Origin: Haplodiscus bocki
Lineage: Eukaryota
Reading direction: 5' to 3'
Length of the DNA: 64,000 bases
NCBI GenBank assembly: GCA_965655095.1
Contig: OZ296659.1
Coordinates: 73,346,001 to 73,410,000, forward strand
In this document: positions 37,700-49,559 of the stretch, one piece after another
Position numbering within the stretch: the first letter of the stretch is position 1
How the letters are laid out: every line of letters starts with the position of its first letter
Translations under genes and position numbers: made by a program
Notes under the pieces: model-generated
Seen by the model: only the letters and a program-made list of their open reading frames with translations
Told to the model about the DNA's origin: nothing
Database searches by the model: none

Positions 37700-38480
37700 T
37701 CGAGCACTTGGCTGGGTAGATCTGTAGGTGGTTAGGTGAGAGTAGTTGGGTGTTGTTGGACACGTGGTTGGGTAGCTGCGTGTTGTCGGGTACGTGATTG
37801 GGTAGGTCAGCGAGTAGTTGGGTGTTGTCGGGTACGTGATTGGGTTGGTCGGTGGTTACGTTGTTCGGTGTTGTCGGTGGAAAATTTGACTGGTGTATCA
37901 GTCTACAAGTGTATTTTTAGAAGTGTTATTCTACGGGTATGTCGTTTTATGGGTGTGTCATTCTATAAGTGTTACTCTAGAAGTGTTGTTCCAGAAGTTT
38001 TTCTCCACGGATATGTCATTTTAGAAGTGTTATTCTAAAAGCGGGAGGGGAGACAGAAAATAAAGAATTGAGTTTATGTGTACATCATCTGCTGTTTTAC
38101 AATAACGTTGGTTTTTTCAGTCTCGCTTAAATGCAGAAAAAGTAGGTGTATTTTTCTTCTCAATTCTGCGTTTGCATAGCAAAGTGTTGGCGAGGCCTGC
38201 ATGTTCACACCAATGTGGACCTTTTTATACATGTTTTCATGCCATTATGCTTAGTCCAACTACGGCTTTTTTGTGGTGGAGAAAAAGTGGAAGTCAAAAA
38301 TTTTTGTGATTTTTGTATAAAAAATGCGAGGCGAAACCGTGCAAATAATAAACGAGAAGCCAGGCAAAGCTGAGCCGGTGAAGTGAGCAAAGCGAACGAG
38401 CGAGCGGTAGTGTATTGTCGGATACATGGCTAGCTGACTGGACGGAAGTTAGTCGTGTATCCGCAATACACTATAATACT
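37700..38480. repeat. Right terminal region (putative TIR) of Polinton A with GT-rich tandem repeats and terminal hairpin
   Basis: Repeats GTGTTGTCGGGTACGTGATTGGGT (37779-37850), AGAAGTGTTATTCTA-like x3-4 (37919-38040) and a hairpin at 38408-38473. Confidence 0.65.
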
Positions 38481-40658
38481 CAAACTCACTAGTAAATTGA
38501 CCGATTGCTTTGGGTCTGGTGTTGAAGCTGTAGTCGTGGAACAAGACTATCAAACTTTTTGAGACTCGCGGGTTATTGACTGGGTTGCCGTCACACTGTT
38601 TGCACCTTCAACTTCAGATACCTCCTACTCGATGAGTTTTTAGGTGACGTTACGCATTTTCGGCACTGATTCAATTCTTTTTCTTCTCTAGCACCCACTT
38701 TTATTAACAAGCGTAAGACTTTCGTTGGGTAAACTTTCAATTGAAAGTTGCACTGTTTAAAACGGCGCGAACAGTCTGAAACAAGTAAGCTAATTAATTC
38801 TCAATTTTTTCGGGTCCTCTTTCAGACATTTTGAAAAAGTTTTCTTTTTTGGGCTACCAGTTTAAGGTCCAAGCCTTTCAACCACAATGCAGACCTTTTC
38901 AACACAGTCTGAAGTCTGAAGTCAGCGCAGGTTCTTCTTTTCAACTAAATCATTTGATATTGATATTTTTTTGTTTGTATAAACCAAACAAGTTTGTGTT
39001 TGGCCTTATTCGAAGCGCTCAGTCAAGTGAGGATGAAAGTGGTCCCGGGCGCAGTGGTTAATCAGCGATAGTTCATGACTTCACAACTGTTTTTGTGATC
39101 TGAAGGGTTGTTACCCGCAATTAGCGCAAATGTTGAGCACATTATCAACTTCTTTTTGTCCAAGATGGAAAATTCGAAAACGGGCAGCAGTTTTTGCTTT
39201 ACCCAAATAGTATACTCTAGTCTTTCTGAGCTTTGACGACACTCTATCATATGTTTTCTTTGCGGCATTGGATAGTTTTGTGTTTTAGTTTGGTACACGA
39301 GTAGATATCTTACGTTAAAACTAAGAATCAATCGATTAGACACCCAAAGATGACTAAATTTCCAAGCGAACGCAAAAATCTTCAAAATTTTGGTTACTTA
39401 AATTTCTAACGAGGAAGGTGTTCTCATTTTTCCTACCAGACTACTCTAACGTCTTCGATTTAAGAAAAGTTATCTTCGAGCTTGCTTGAGCGAAACAAAA
39501 CAGGCCGAAAATTTTTGTGTTTTGACCAATTCTCCAATTTTCGTTGCAGCAAAGGTAGAACTTCCAGCTACTTACAGGTGAGCGTATGTTTTCTTGTCTA
39601 GTTCAGTCTCCTCTTTTTAAACTCAGTGGTTGGAATACTACCAATAAAAAAATGGAATTCAAATACCATCAGTTTACTTGCCTTTATTTTTTTGCCAGAT
39701 GATAGTGGTATTCGAGAGACTGAACCTATTTTTGAAGTGGTGACCAGAAAGTAGTACCACAGGTACTTTTCAATACCGTTTTTGAATGGGACCAAAACTA
39801 AGCTCATGAATACGTTGTTAAATTTTTCTGTTTACGTATTATCAATTTGCTTTTATCTTAAATATTATCTTAACAATAAACTCAACTTTTGTCTCAACTA
39901 ATCCTCATAAGGTCCTATTTACCGAGAAGACAATTGACCACCGGGAAAGTTCATCAATGTTCCACTAGTGATCTTTTTGAAATTTTTTTCGGAATCCGCA
40001 ACAAGCAGATAAAAATTAAAAATGCTTGCCAATTGATCAAAGATAACAAAGTCGTAGCTTTTCACTGTACTGGAGAGCCCACGAAGAGTTTTGTCCTAAA
40101 ATTTCTCACACTGAATTTTTTTTCTACAAAAATTGAGCTCACGGAGCTGCACCAACCTAACTTGTCTGCCTTTAACTTTGGCCCTACGCAAGTTCAAATA
40201 GTCTTTCTGGAAGAGCTGAAAACTGTGTTGGGAAAAAACAACGCAATTTTATTGGAACAACGGCATAAGAATCAATTAAAAAGTAATTGTGGAAAGTTGT
40301 GCATGGGTCGGCAAGTACTGTTGAAGTCGGATCAATCGAAACTGTGCAAGAAGCTTTGAGGTGAGGCCAATTTTTGTTGAAATAAGGTGCTGTGACAAGT
40401 ATATTGAAGAAACAGAGCCAGAGGTAGTGTTAGCTGTAAACATTGATACAAGTAGAGACAAAATGTTAAAGTGTCACAATTCCGAGATTACTGACAATCA
40501 AGAAACATAAAAATATCACTCTTGTTGTCATATTGACACTTTCTGTAAGAAGATTGCTTCTTATTATCTTTATCATGGGAAATGTAATTCCGGCGAGGCT
40601 ACCAATATGTAGTTTCAAATTGTTAAGATGATGATGATAGCGGGTGATAGAGATGATG

Positions 40659-41100
40659 ACAAGATCCGGGTGGAATGCTATACGGTATAGCTTCTACATA
40701 GGTCGGCTGGCGTCTGGGAGCAGTTATCCGTGATACTCAATTTCAAATAGTTATGCATAAAAGGGGAAACTGCAGGAGCAATGCATAAAATGAGACTAAA
40801 GAAATTTCCTCAAAGCGTACGAAATTAGGGACTTCTAAATATAGATGGGGTTTTCTGAAAAAACTTTGCTTTTTCCACCAGTGTTGAAGGTTGCAAATTT
40901 GCTCTGGAATGCGTATCGCATGTTATTATTTCCTAAAACATCTTTCCCACCCTGGAACTGTTTTTCCAAAAAAAAACATCAGAACTATTTTTGATTTTGA
41001 AAATTCAAAATTTATAAAGCAAGAACTTTCTTTGAAAAAAAAAACGATCTGATCCTTCTAAAAAGCGTATTTAACGAATTTGGAGGGCTCAAAAAATTCT
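40659..41100 (+). repeat. Dispersed non-autonomous repeat (possibly Helitron/Helentron-derived) inserted in Polinton B
   Basis: AATTTGCTCTGGAATGCGTATCGCATGTTATTATTTCCTAAAAC (~40896) is clearly homologous to 59377-59420. Confidence 0.55.
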
Positions 41101-42594
41101 AAGTCGAAAAAGTCAAAATACAGAATCAACTGAAACTCAGTTTTGTTGACCAAGTACACTAAATGTCATATTTGACACCTTTCTACGATTAATTTGACGG
41201 CTATTTGTTCAGCAGTCAAATTGTGAAAGTGGTTCTACAAAATATGAAACCCTCAAACTTTGGAGATTCTTCGATTTCAAGAGTAGAAATAATGCACCGA
41301 ACCCCTTCCGACTCAGGTGTTAACAATGCAAGACTCACCTTTCCAGGCATGAACCAACAACTTTGTAAAATATATTTCACCAAAATTCTTGATAATTGTC
41401 AAATTCAGTCCGACTTGGGATGGATAAAACCTAGGAAAGACGCTATCAGCAGTATAAAGTTCAAGAACATTAGAAATTGCTAGCACATCTGGCAAAATCA
41501 CGTAGTTCAGCTGATTGTAGCATTGCACAAAGGATCGTGACTGTGCCAAGTCTGCTTTTCTTCCATGTTGACGGAAAATCCTACTGACTGGACTGAAAGT
41601 TCCTAACTTTTAGAAGTTTTAGATAACGAGAACTCTGGGGCCGCTCATTTTCAAGCAAATACAGCCCACAATCGGTTGTTTTTTGATTTGAACAGTTGAA
41701 ACCAATGACTACTGTTTTCATCGAAGTTTTTTCGAACTTTTGGTTGCTGCTATTTTATACCGGTGAAAACACCACAGTTCAAAACCTTTTTGAAACCACG
41801 GGACAAACATTTCTTGACACAGTGCCTCGGAGTTTGTGCAATGCTCTTGACATCTTGATGTGCTTGCAGAACGCTCAATATGTCAGAAGACAACATCAAG
41901 AAAACGATGTCAGCTTTGGGTACCCAGACGGAATTTGCCAAACACTGCCCCCAAATCATGATCATACTTTGCTATTTTTTGCAACTTGTGTCAACGCGAC
42001 AAAGCTTCCAAGGCAAACTATTATCCAAATTTTATCCACAGCACAAAATTCTCATGTAGAATTGATGAAAGGTTCATGTCCCGAAGAGTTTCTCAGAGCA
42101 GAAATAAACGTATTAAACACAAGTGCCATTTTTACTCAGAGGCAGAAAAATGCAATCCGTAATGAATAAGAAGACGACAGATGGAATAAACTGCAACTTC
42201 AATTGCACGTGGGCGTAATAAAAGCACAATCCCCTGGGAACGTCCGGTGATACACAGAATACCTTGTTGTTGTATCAACGATTGGTTGAGCTTGAGAAGT
42301 CAGAGGCGCCATTAAAGGACAGCGTATTATCCTTCATCGAACTTTTGCAGAAACCAATAGGGCTACTTTATTTGTCTGAACACACTCGTACTTTGGATAT
42401 TGACTGGGGTGTAACTAATGCCCAATGCACGTGTTTTGAATGCCTAAATCAACCACTTCATCTTGACGGTTCGACAACCCAAGAAGCGAGTATTTTTAGT
42501 CAACAACATTTTTCTGTTTAACAGGGATACAATTTTTGATACATCATTCCTTTAGAAATTTTCCTGTGAAACAGACTCTTGCTTCAGTTCAAAA

Positions 42595-43068
42595 TTGGGG
42601 AATAAAATTGTTTTCCTCAGAGGATTTTCAAAAAAAACAACTTTAGAAAATTCTGTCCTCGCAGTCTGTCTCTACTTGGATGAGACGAAAGACTTGCGTG
42701 AAGTCAATTCAAGGGCACCATTTGGAGGTAAAGGTGGAGCAGGCGACAGTTCTCTCCAAAAATACTCGATGTTTTCAAAAAATTCAAGAATGCACGCAAT
42801 TTTCCATGATGCCAATGGCTACATGTGGATTGATACGAACGACGGGCTTCATTACGCTTATACAATAACAACTGAAAAGTATTTCAGAAACAACATGTTG
42901 TTTGGTCATAAATCCGGTAATTCATATTGGACGTTGATGAAGTTTCTCGATTCTCCACGCCTCGATAACTTTCCTTTCTGGCCAATTGGAAACTTCCGAC
43001 GTGGAAAACAGTCGGGTTTCTTCCGCACAGGCAACACGTTTCATAAAATTTTTCGGCGTTTCCCATGA
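42595..43068 (+). CDS. Polinton B ORF with PLA2-like motifs (tentative)
   Basis: PFGGKGGAGDS...MHAIFHDANGY: a Gly-rich loop followed by an HD dyad. Confidence 0.35.
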   Translation: MGNKIVFLRGFSKKTTLENSVLAVCLYLDETKDLREVNSRAPFGGKGGAGDSSLQKYSMFSKNSRMHAIFHDANGYMWIDTNDGLHYAYTITTEKYFRNNMLFGHKSGNSYWTLMKFLDSPRLDNFPFWPIGNFRRGKQSGFFRTGNTFHKIFRRFP

Positions 43069-43439
43069 ATGACGTGGAACAGACTCGTTCTAGCGCTTAT
43101 TAGCTTATTACATAGACATATGCCTGAAAGAAGAGCAAAAGTGGTGGATGATCCGGACTTTGCAAACATTTGTAAATGTAACATTGATCGATTGGTGTTT
43201 GACAAAAACAACTACGGGCGGCCACTGAATGGTTTGAACTTTTGCTGCGCTGACAAAATAAAGTTCGATCGGTCGTTTCTTGTGATTTTGATACACCATC
43301 TAATTATTCTAATTCATGTTTTTTTTGTATAACTTTTCTCAACTTTTGTGAAGCAGACAACAGATTTGCATCAAATATATTATCGCTTTTGTCAGCCTGT
43401 TTGGGCCATAATTTACCGGCACCAAAGCAATAAATAAGC

Positions 43440-44121
43440 GCATAAGCACTGAACCTCATTGCTTCAATTCTGTTGTGGGCCGTGCAGGATCGGGAAAAAG
43501 CAGACTGATTGGGCGTAATAATGTCAATCAGGAGAAAACATTTTTACCTAGTTTCGACATAATACTTTACTTTTATAAACATTATCAGCAAAATTACGGC
43601 TCCATGTTGATGGACTGTCAGTGCAATTATGTTGACATTGAATTCATTCAAGACTTAGAATGGAATTCTTTGCAAAAAACTGAAGCGTAGTAGAAACGAA
43701 TTTTGTTGGTGTTGGACAATTTGTTCGACGAAGCTGCACAAAGCAAAAATTCTTTGGCACTATTAGTCGCTGGTCGACATTGCAACCTCCATTTGATGGT
43801 TCTGCGACAATTTTATTTCAACAGACTAAATATTCAAAAACAATGGATTTGAACGTCACACAGAAATTTCTTTTCAACAACCCTAGAGATTCTGAACAGA
43901 TTGGTGTTTTGCGTCATCAACTGCTAGAGGGACACGCCACAATAGAAGCCTATAAAAGAACCAATAAGAAACCTTTTGGTCATTTGATGGTTGACATCAA
44001 CGTGAGAAGTAGTAAACCCCTGAGGTATTTTTCAAATGAATCCGATGACGTGCCGTCCACTTTCTTTTGTTCAACAGATCAACTACACTTGCACCTGGAC
44101 AATGAGTTTACAAAACTTTGA
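43440..44121 (+). pseudogene. A32-like packaging ATPase (Polinton B)
   Basis: Walker A VVGRAGSGKS, Walker B LLVLDNL, AGRH, LFQQ...LFNNPRD and KPFGHLMVD. Confidence 0.9.
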
Positions 44122-45110
44122 AATAGTTGATTTGTTTATCAATTTTCCCGTCATACTGCAACGATGCTTTAATTTGAACTGCTCTGATGGAATATTCAAT
44201 TTTTTTCGTGATTGTATGTACCACGTTGTTAAAGGAAACGTTAAGTTAGAAGAAAGACTGCCACCAAATTCGCTGCACTCACAGATAACAATGAGAACTG
44301 CTATATGAAAAATCAAGAGCAAGAGAGAAGTAAACGTATGGATTATCGCAAGAGACAAAATCAGCAAACTCTACCTAGGGTGCCTGCCTCACTAGAGTGT
44401 CCATCTTCTCGAGAAAAACAGAATGAAGCGGTCACGAGCCAGGCAATCGACAGGGAGTAAGCATTGATTGCTCAAATTAACTCGCATTCAAGGCTACATG
44501 ATCAAAAAACTCAAAAACAGCGACATCAATCCCACAAGAAATTGATGATCGAACGAAACGCAATACACCAGACAAAGTTCTAGGCAGCTTACTTCAGTCT
44601 GGAATAGCCGGAGGTAAATTGAACGATCTCGGCAAATCTTGTAGTCACTGCAGGAAAACGAGCGGGCCAGCATTGATGAGAACAATCAAAACATTTTTGT
44701 CGATCAACAAGAATTATCAAAAAAAGGAAATGAATTTCTAACCGTTCTCCAAGTGATCATCAAACAAATGCCCAAGCAGTTCCTCAATTTGGTCGAGATA
44801 TTTGCCCTACCATAATTTCTGGTGGCAAACACTTGAGCCAAACCGACGAGTTCCAGAATTCAGAATCAGTTGGTGCACGGAGAATAGCTCGGAGAACATA
44901 TCAAATTTGACACTGATCCTCCCAACAGTTGGTTCACAACCTGAGTTTAATTTTAGACAAATGGCGCCAAAAAAAGATTCTGTGGATGCTGTCAAAAACG
45001 GCTGGGTAAAGGTTTAAGGTTTGCCCTCCGTTGTGGTGCTACGTGTGTGACTGGGTTCATTTCAATTTTTCCGGCTTAAAAACCAAATCCGACTACTTCG
45101 ACAAGTTTTC

Positions 45111-46080
45111 ATGCAAAAAAGTTCAAAAAGTAAAGTTTTGATTGAAAATGGTGATCCCTTTGCAATTGCATATTCTAAGATTCACAATGCCTACACAAAC
45201 TCTGAAAATTCAATGGCTTTTGGCAGTCACAAACACATCCTCAGGGGTACTACATGCTCATCCAAGCATGTTGATTGCTACCTGAACTCGAGTGAAACTT
45301 ACAAAAGACCATGTTTACCAAGGAACGTTTCCCCAGACTGAATGTTGTGAATTATCCGTTGAATGAGGTTTGCCCCTTTGATTTGGTTGACACGAAACAT
45401 TTTGCCACGAAAATTTTGGGAGTTAGGTAACTCTTCGTGGCAGTGGACACATTGAGTTGGTTTGTATAGGTAATTGGTGTCAAATCAAAGACATCGAAAG
45501 CTTGTACCGACGCGCTGAAAAAAATAATTGCAACTAACAAGCAATGCAATGCTTCCAAAGTTTGTTCATCCAAAAGTGATCCCGAAAACATTTGGGTTGA
45601 TCTTGGTAAATAATTTGCTGGAAACTTTTCATAGTTTTGCACAGAAGAAATGAGATGAAATCTGCCGTGGCGGACAGATACATTAGAACCCTGAAATCTA
45701 TCATCTTTAAAAACCCACACGAGCATGACACTACTAGATACATTGACCAACTTGGGAAATTTGCTTCAATCATGAACAACAAAATCAATCGTTTCGCCAA
45801 GTTGGCTTCAGTAACAGGTTCTCAAAAACATCCTCCTTACCTAGTATCTCAATGCAATAGTTTGCCACTATAGCAGGCAAAGTTCAAAGTGGGCGACCGA
45901 GTTCGCATTCGAAGGAAAATTGAAAGTTATCATCGTCGTTACAGGATACAATTCACTGAAGAACTTTTCATAATTTTACACACACCTAGAACAAATACCC
46001 CGAAAATAATATGTCGAATTCGCGAATGACAAAATCTTTAAAAGGAAGTTCTTTGAGCCTACTTGGTCAATTTTGTCTGT
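45111..46080 (+). pseudogene. rve integrase (Polinton B)
   Basis: AYT...AFGS, DLVD, LFVAVDTLS, PENIWVDLGK*F, KSAVADRYIRTLK...RYID.L and KFKVGDRVRI. Confidence 0.9.
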
Positions 46081-46179
46081 ACCACATCGTTAACGGCCAC
46101 CTAATATCTCACGAATTTGAACATTTTTTTCTGATCAAGAGCCAGAAGTCCTTCAAAATGTCATTCTTTCTTATGAATA

Positions 46180-46338
46180 CATGGTCGGTTGTAGCGGTAA
46201 TGATTCGACGCTGAATTTGATTTCTAAAGCATCCATGGAGACTTTTCCCGGAAATAAATTGTCAAATTTCACAAAAATCCTGCCTACGCCCATTACTCTC
46301 TCTCTCTCTCTCTCTCTCTCTGATTTTCTCTCACTCTT

Positions 46339-46370
<32 letters not shown>

Positions 46371-47265
46371 TGGAGACTGGCAGGTGGCTGTGCTGGAAAT
46401 TTTGTGGCCAGCATTGGTTTGCACCGTAACTAAGGGTAAAATTACGGTTTCAGATTACCACGCCTAGAGTCCTCAGTTCATTCTAATAACCAAAGTCTTC
46501 CAATTGGACGACCAAGGATTGTCTCAATGAGTGTGCCGCGGCAGTTTAGAAAATAACCAGCAATGAAATTTAGCACACCAGCACTACGTTACATCTAGGC
46601 AAGTTGTTTTTCATCCATTGATGATATGATGGATGCGATCATGAGAAGTGTTGCGGGAAACTGGAAGAAAAAAGTTTTTTTGCGGAAAATCTAGCAGAAA
46701 AAAGACGCACGCAGTCTGTCAACAAACAATTCGTGGAAAGTTGATCAAGCAACGCAGGAACGTCGCGTAAATCTTTGTGATGTTGTGGAAAAACAAAGTT
46801 TGGTTATCCAAGCAATCTCAAAAGACTTGAAAAGCATTCTGGTAAGGACCACAATCATTGTCTGCGAAAACGCTGAGCAGCAACAGAAGTCAGGAAAAAC
46901 CGTTGATTGCGAGTTCCATGACAATCGACAAATTATTTCAGAGTTGACAATTGGAAAAAATTTTGGGCATTGGCCTGTTGTCGTCAATGCTAGAGGTCAC
47001 ACAATGTTACACGCTGCGACTTGTTTCAGAAAGAGACATTGGGCGACAGACAAACTGCGTGGCTGTGATCCTTTCCCCTCGATAGTCTTTCCACAACAAA
47101 CTTATAAAGAAGAAAGGTGAACCAGAGGCGTTTTCCAAAATTGCAGTGGAAAAGATTTTACAAATCACAAATCCAGTCAATCACTCTGACTTTGGCCAAC
47201 GAAATGTGTCAGAAGATGCCTTCTCTGAGTTTTGGTGGTCCAAACATCACTTTGCCACTTTAGCC
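46180..47265 (+). pseudogene. Minor capsid (penton) protein (Polinton B)
   Basis: LISKASMETFPGNKLSNFTKILPTPITL...GDWQVAVLEILWP, the typical Polinton mCP N-terminus. Interrupted by a (CT)n tract at 46296-46368. Confidence 0.85.
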
Positions 47266-47751
47266 TAAACCACATTGACCAGCAGTGCGACGGTGGAGTG
47301 ACTACCAACGAGGAAGTAACACTACATTTACAAAAGTTGGGTCCATCTTGCTCGTCTTTTTGACAGCAAACACAGAACTAAACTGTTGTTCCAAAAGGCT
47401 TCTTTTCCAAGCGCNNNNNNNNNNNNNNNNNNNNNNNNNNNNNNNNNNNNNNNNNNNNNNNNNNNNNNNNNNNNNNNNNNNNNNNNNNNNNNNNNNNNNN
47501 NNNNNNNNNNNNNNNNNNNNNNNNNNNNNNNNNNNNNNNNNNNNNNNNNNNNNNNNNNNNNNNNNNNNNNNNNNNNNNNNNNNNNNNNNNNNNNNNNNNN
47601 NNNNNNNNNNNNNNNNNNNNNNNNNNNNNNNNNNNNNNNNNNNNNNNNNNNNNNNNNNNNNNNNNNNNNNNNNNNNNNNNNNNNNNNNNNNNNNNNNNNN
47701 NNNNNNNNNNNNNNNNNNNNNNNNTCTGTGTTGCACGATCTCAACATATAG

Positions 47752-48036
47752 ATGGATGCTCATCATGATTACCCAATAAAAAGCCATAATCAACCCAGAG
47801 TTCAGCAAAACGCAACGGTTTGCGGTCCCACCAGACAAATGGGAGCAAATGCGGGTGGTTTGGTTGCATTTGCAATGCCAATGGGGAGAGTGACCATTCT
47901 AGTGGTGTGCAAATACATACTTGCTGTTGCTAAAAACCTTGGAAAAACTTTGTTGGAGGCTGCTATACCTGAGAATCACCAAGTTTTGTTCTGCAAAAAG
48001 AGATCCAATAGCGAAATGCTGATGCGTGTTGCATAA
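47752..48036 (+). CDS. Small Gly-rich/amphipathic Polinton protein (candidate protease-processed membrane-active virion protein)
   Basis: GPTRQMGANAGGLVAFAMPMGR...KYILAVAKNLGKTLLEAAIPE, located between penton and MCP. Confidence 0.5.
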   Translation: MDAHHDYPIKSHNQPRVQQNATVCGPTRQMGANAGGLVAFAMPMGRVTILVVCKYILAVAKNLGKTLLEAAIPENHQVLFCKKRSNSEMLMRVA

Positions 48037-48249
48037 ACCGCTGCAAAAGAATGTCTCCGGAAATCCCCTCAGTACCCTCGGACAAAACGCTGTCGCGGGT
48101 GGCACGGACCCGCGAGCAGTTGGCAGTGGGCAGTCGGGAGCCGTGCGGGCCTGCAGGTTTCGCCGAACCACGGTCGTAGGGCACATATCGCAAGAGACGC
48201 AACAATGTTCATCCACCATCAAACGCGCCATTTTTTCCCAATCATTGCC

Positions 48250-49535
48250 GACAATGATTTCCACAAGAAAACCCGCGAAGAAAACTCTGTTGGCTATTCT
48301 GTCTGAAAAGTTGTTTGTTTTTTTTCACTAACAATTGAAAAAACAACACATCAAGCACATCAACACAACTATTTCAACAGCATTCTCTGGTATCGCGTTG
48401 GTCATTGCGAGCCCAGTCACGCACAGTTACGCTTTTTAGAGAAACCAAACTTATTGATCAATTACGAAGGTTCATATGATCAAGAGCTGTTTCCTCTTGT
48501 AGAGTGTAGAGGTCCGCAATTGCATTTTTTATCACGGCAGAGGCCAAAAACTTGCTTGACTGGAATCCTATTCTTTTGTGTGTAAAATTTGGAAAAAAGA
48601 CAGAGGATGGCAAAATTTGAAACAAAGTCACTGAGCTCTCCTTGGTTTTTTCAAACAAGACGCTTCACTCTTTGTTTCCTCACGCTGAATTGTACTTGAG
48701 CGGTAAGTTAATCTCAAACAGTAACAACTGCTACTTACAATCGGTATTCATTGTAACTGAACTGACGACCGACAAGGACAGAAAAGAATCTGGGCCAAAT
48801 GTCAAGGATAAGGTTGTTTGGCGGAAACAAAACAGCAGGATCAAACGTTTACTAAACTCTACGCCGTCTTTGATCGCAAAAACAGAATGCACGGCTTAGG
48901 CCAGAGCTTTAAGATGCATTACAAATTGACTTTTGGAATGCGAAAAAGTTTTGGTACCCGGCGGCACTCTTCATTTGCGCCTTTCCCGATCTCCTAACGA
49001 TACACTACTTTTATTGAAAGGAACAGATGATGACGCGAAAGTTGTAGACGGCACAGTACAATCAGTCAATGAGAGCGTTTCTCTAATCGTCAGAAAACTG
49101 GTAGTCACGGAGACTGTAAAATTGTGCAATTGTCTTCTGAGAAAGCTTCATTGAGGAGATGCGTCATTTATCCCTATATTGAAAGCGTAAACAACAGTTT
49201 CATCATTCAAGCCGGTCAAACTTCTTTCATCAAAGAAAATGTTCTTGATTGGAACCCATCCGCAGATTAATTTTATGTTTGTCAAAAACTTCCTTATTTG
49301 CAGTACACCCTTGAAACATTCATCCCTCTCATACCAAAATTTCGGTGTTCAAGGGTCAAAATTCAGCGTGAAAATGGAGTGCCACCAGCTGCACCCCCCT
49401 AGACACGAGTTAAAAGGTCAGGTTTTACAATAATACTATAACAGCTCTTGGGTTCACCAAAAGTGGGAGCGGAATAGGATTGGAAGACTTTCCAGACAAT
49501 CATTTTAACTTGGTTTTTGTTTTGACCTCCATCAA
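48250..49535 (+). pseudogene. Major capsid protein (Polinton B), 3'-truncated
   Basis: GSYDQELFP..GPQLHF, NKTLHSLFPHAELYLSGKLISNSNNCY, LVPGGTLHLRLSRS, VSLIVRKL, FIIQAGQ and GIGLEDF..HF.LVFVLTS. Confidence 0.88.
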
Positions 49536-49559
49536 AGGTTCTGTGAAGACTGTAATTCG

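Larger units (their letters stand above)
23895..38480 (+). mobile_element. Polinton/Maverick (polintovirus/adintovirus-like endogenous virus) element A, pseudogenised; left end lost in or near the gap
   Basis: Clustered protease, 2x minor capsid, A32 ATPase, double-jelly-roll MCP, rve integrase and protein-primed PolB. A repeat-rich right terminal region ends ...ATAATACT (Polinton-like ACT-3'). Confidence 0.92.

Noticed and set aside
37730-38040. CRISPR-like repeat/spacer array
   Set aside because: The repeats are GT-rich, degenerate and irregularly spaced, with no cas genes and a eukaryotic context. They are better explained as Polinton subterminal repeats.
47280-47746. Possible small LTR-like insertion between penton and small ORF of Polinton B
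   Set aside because: Mostly gap sequence, and no matching TSD was found.
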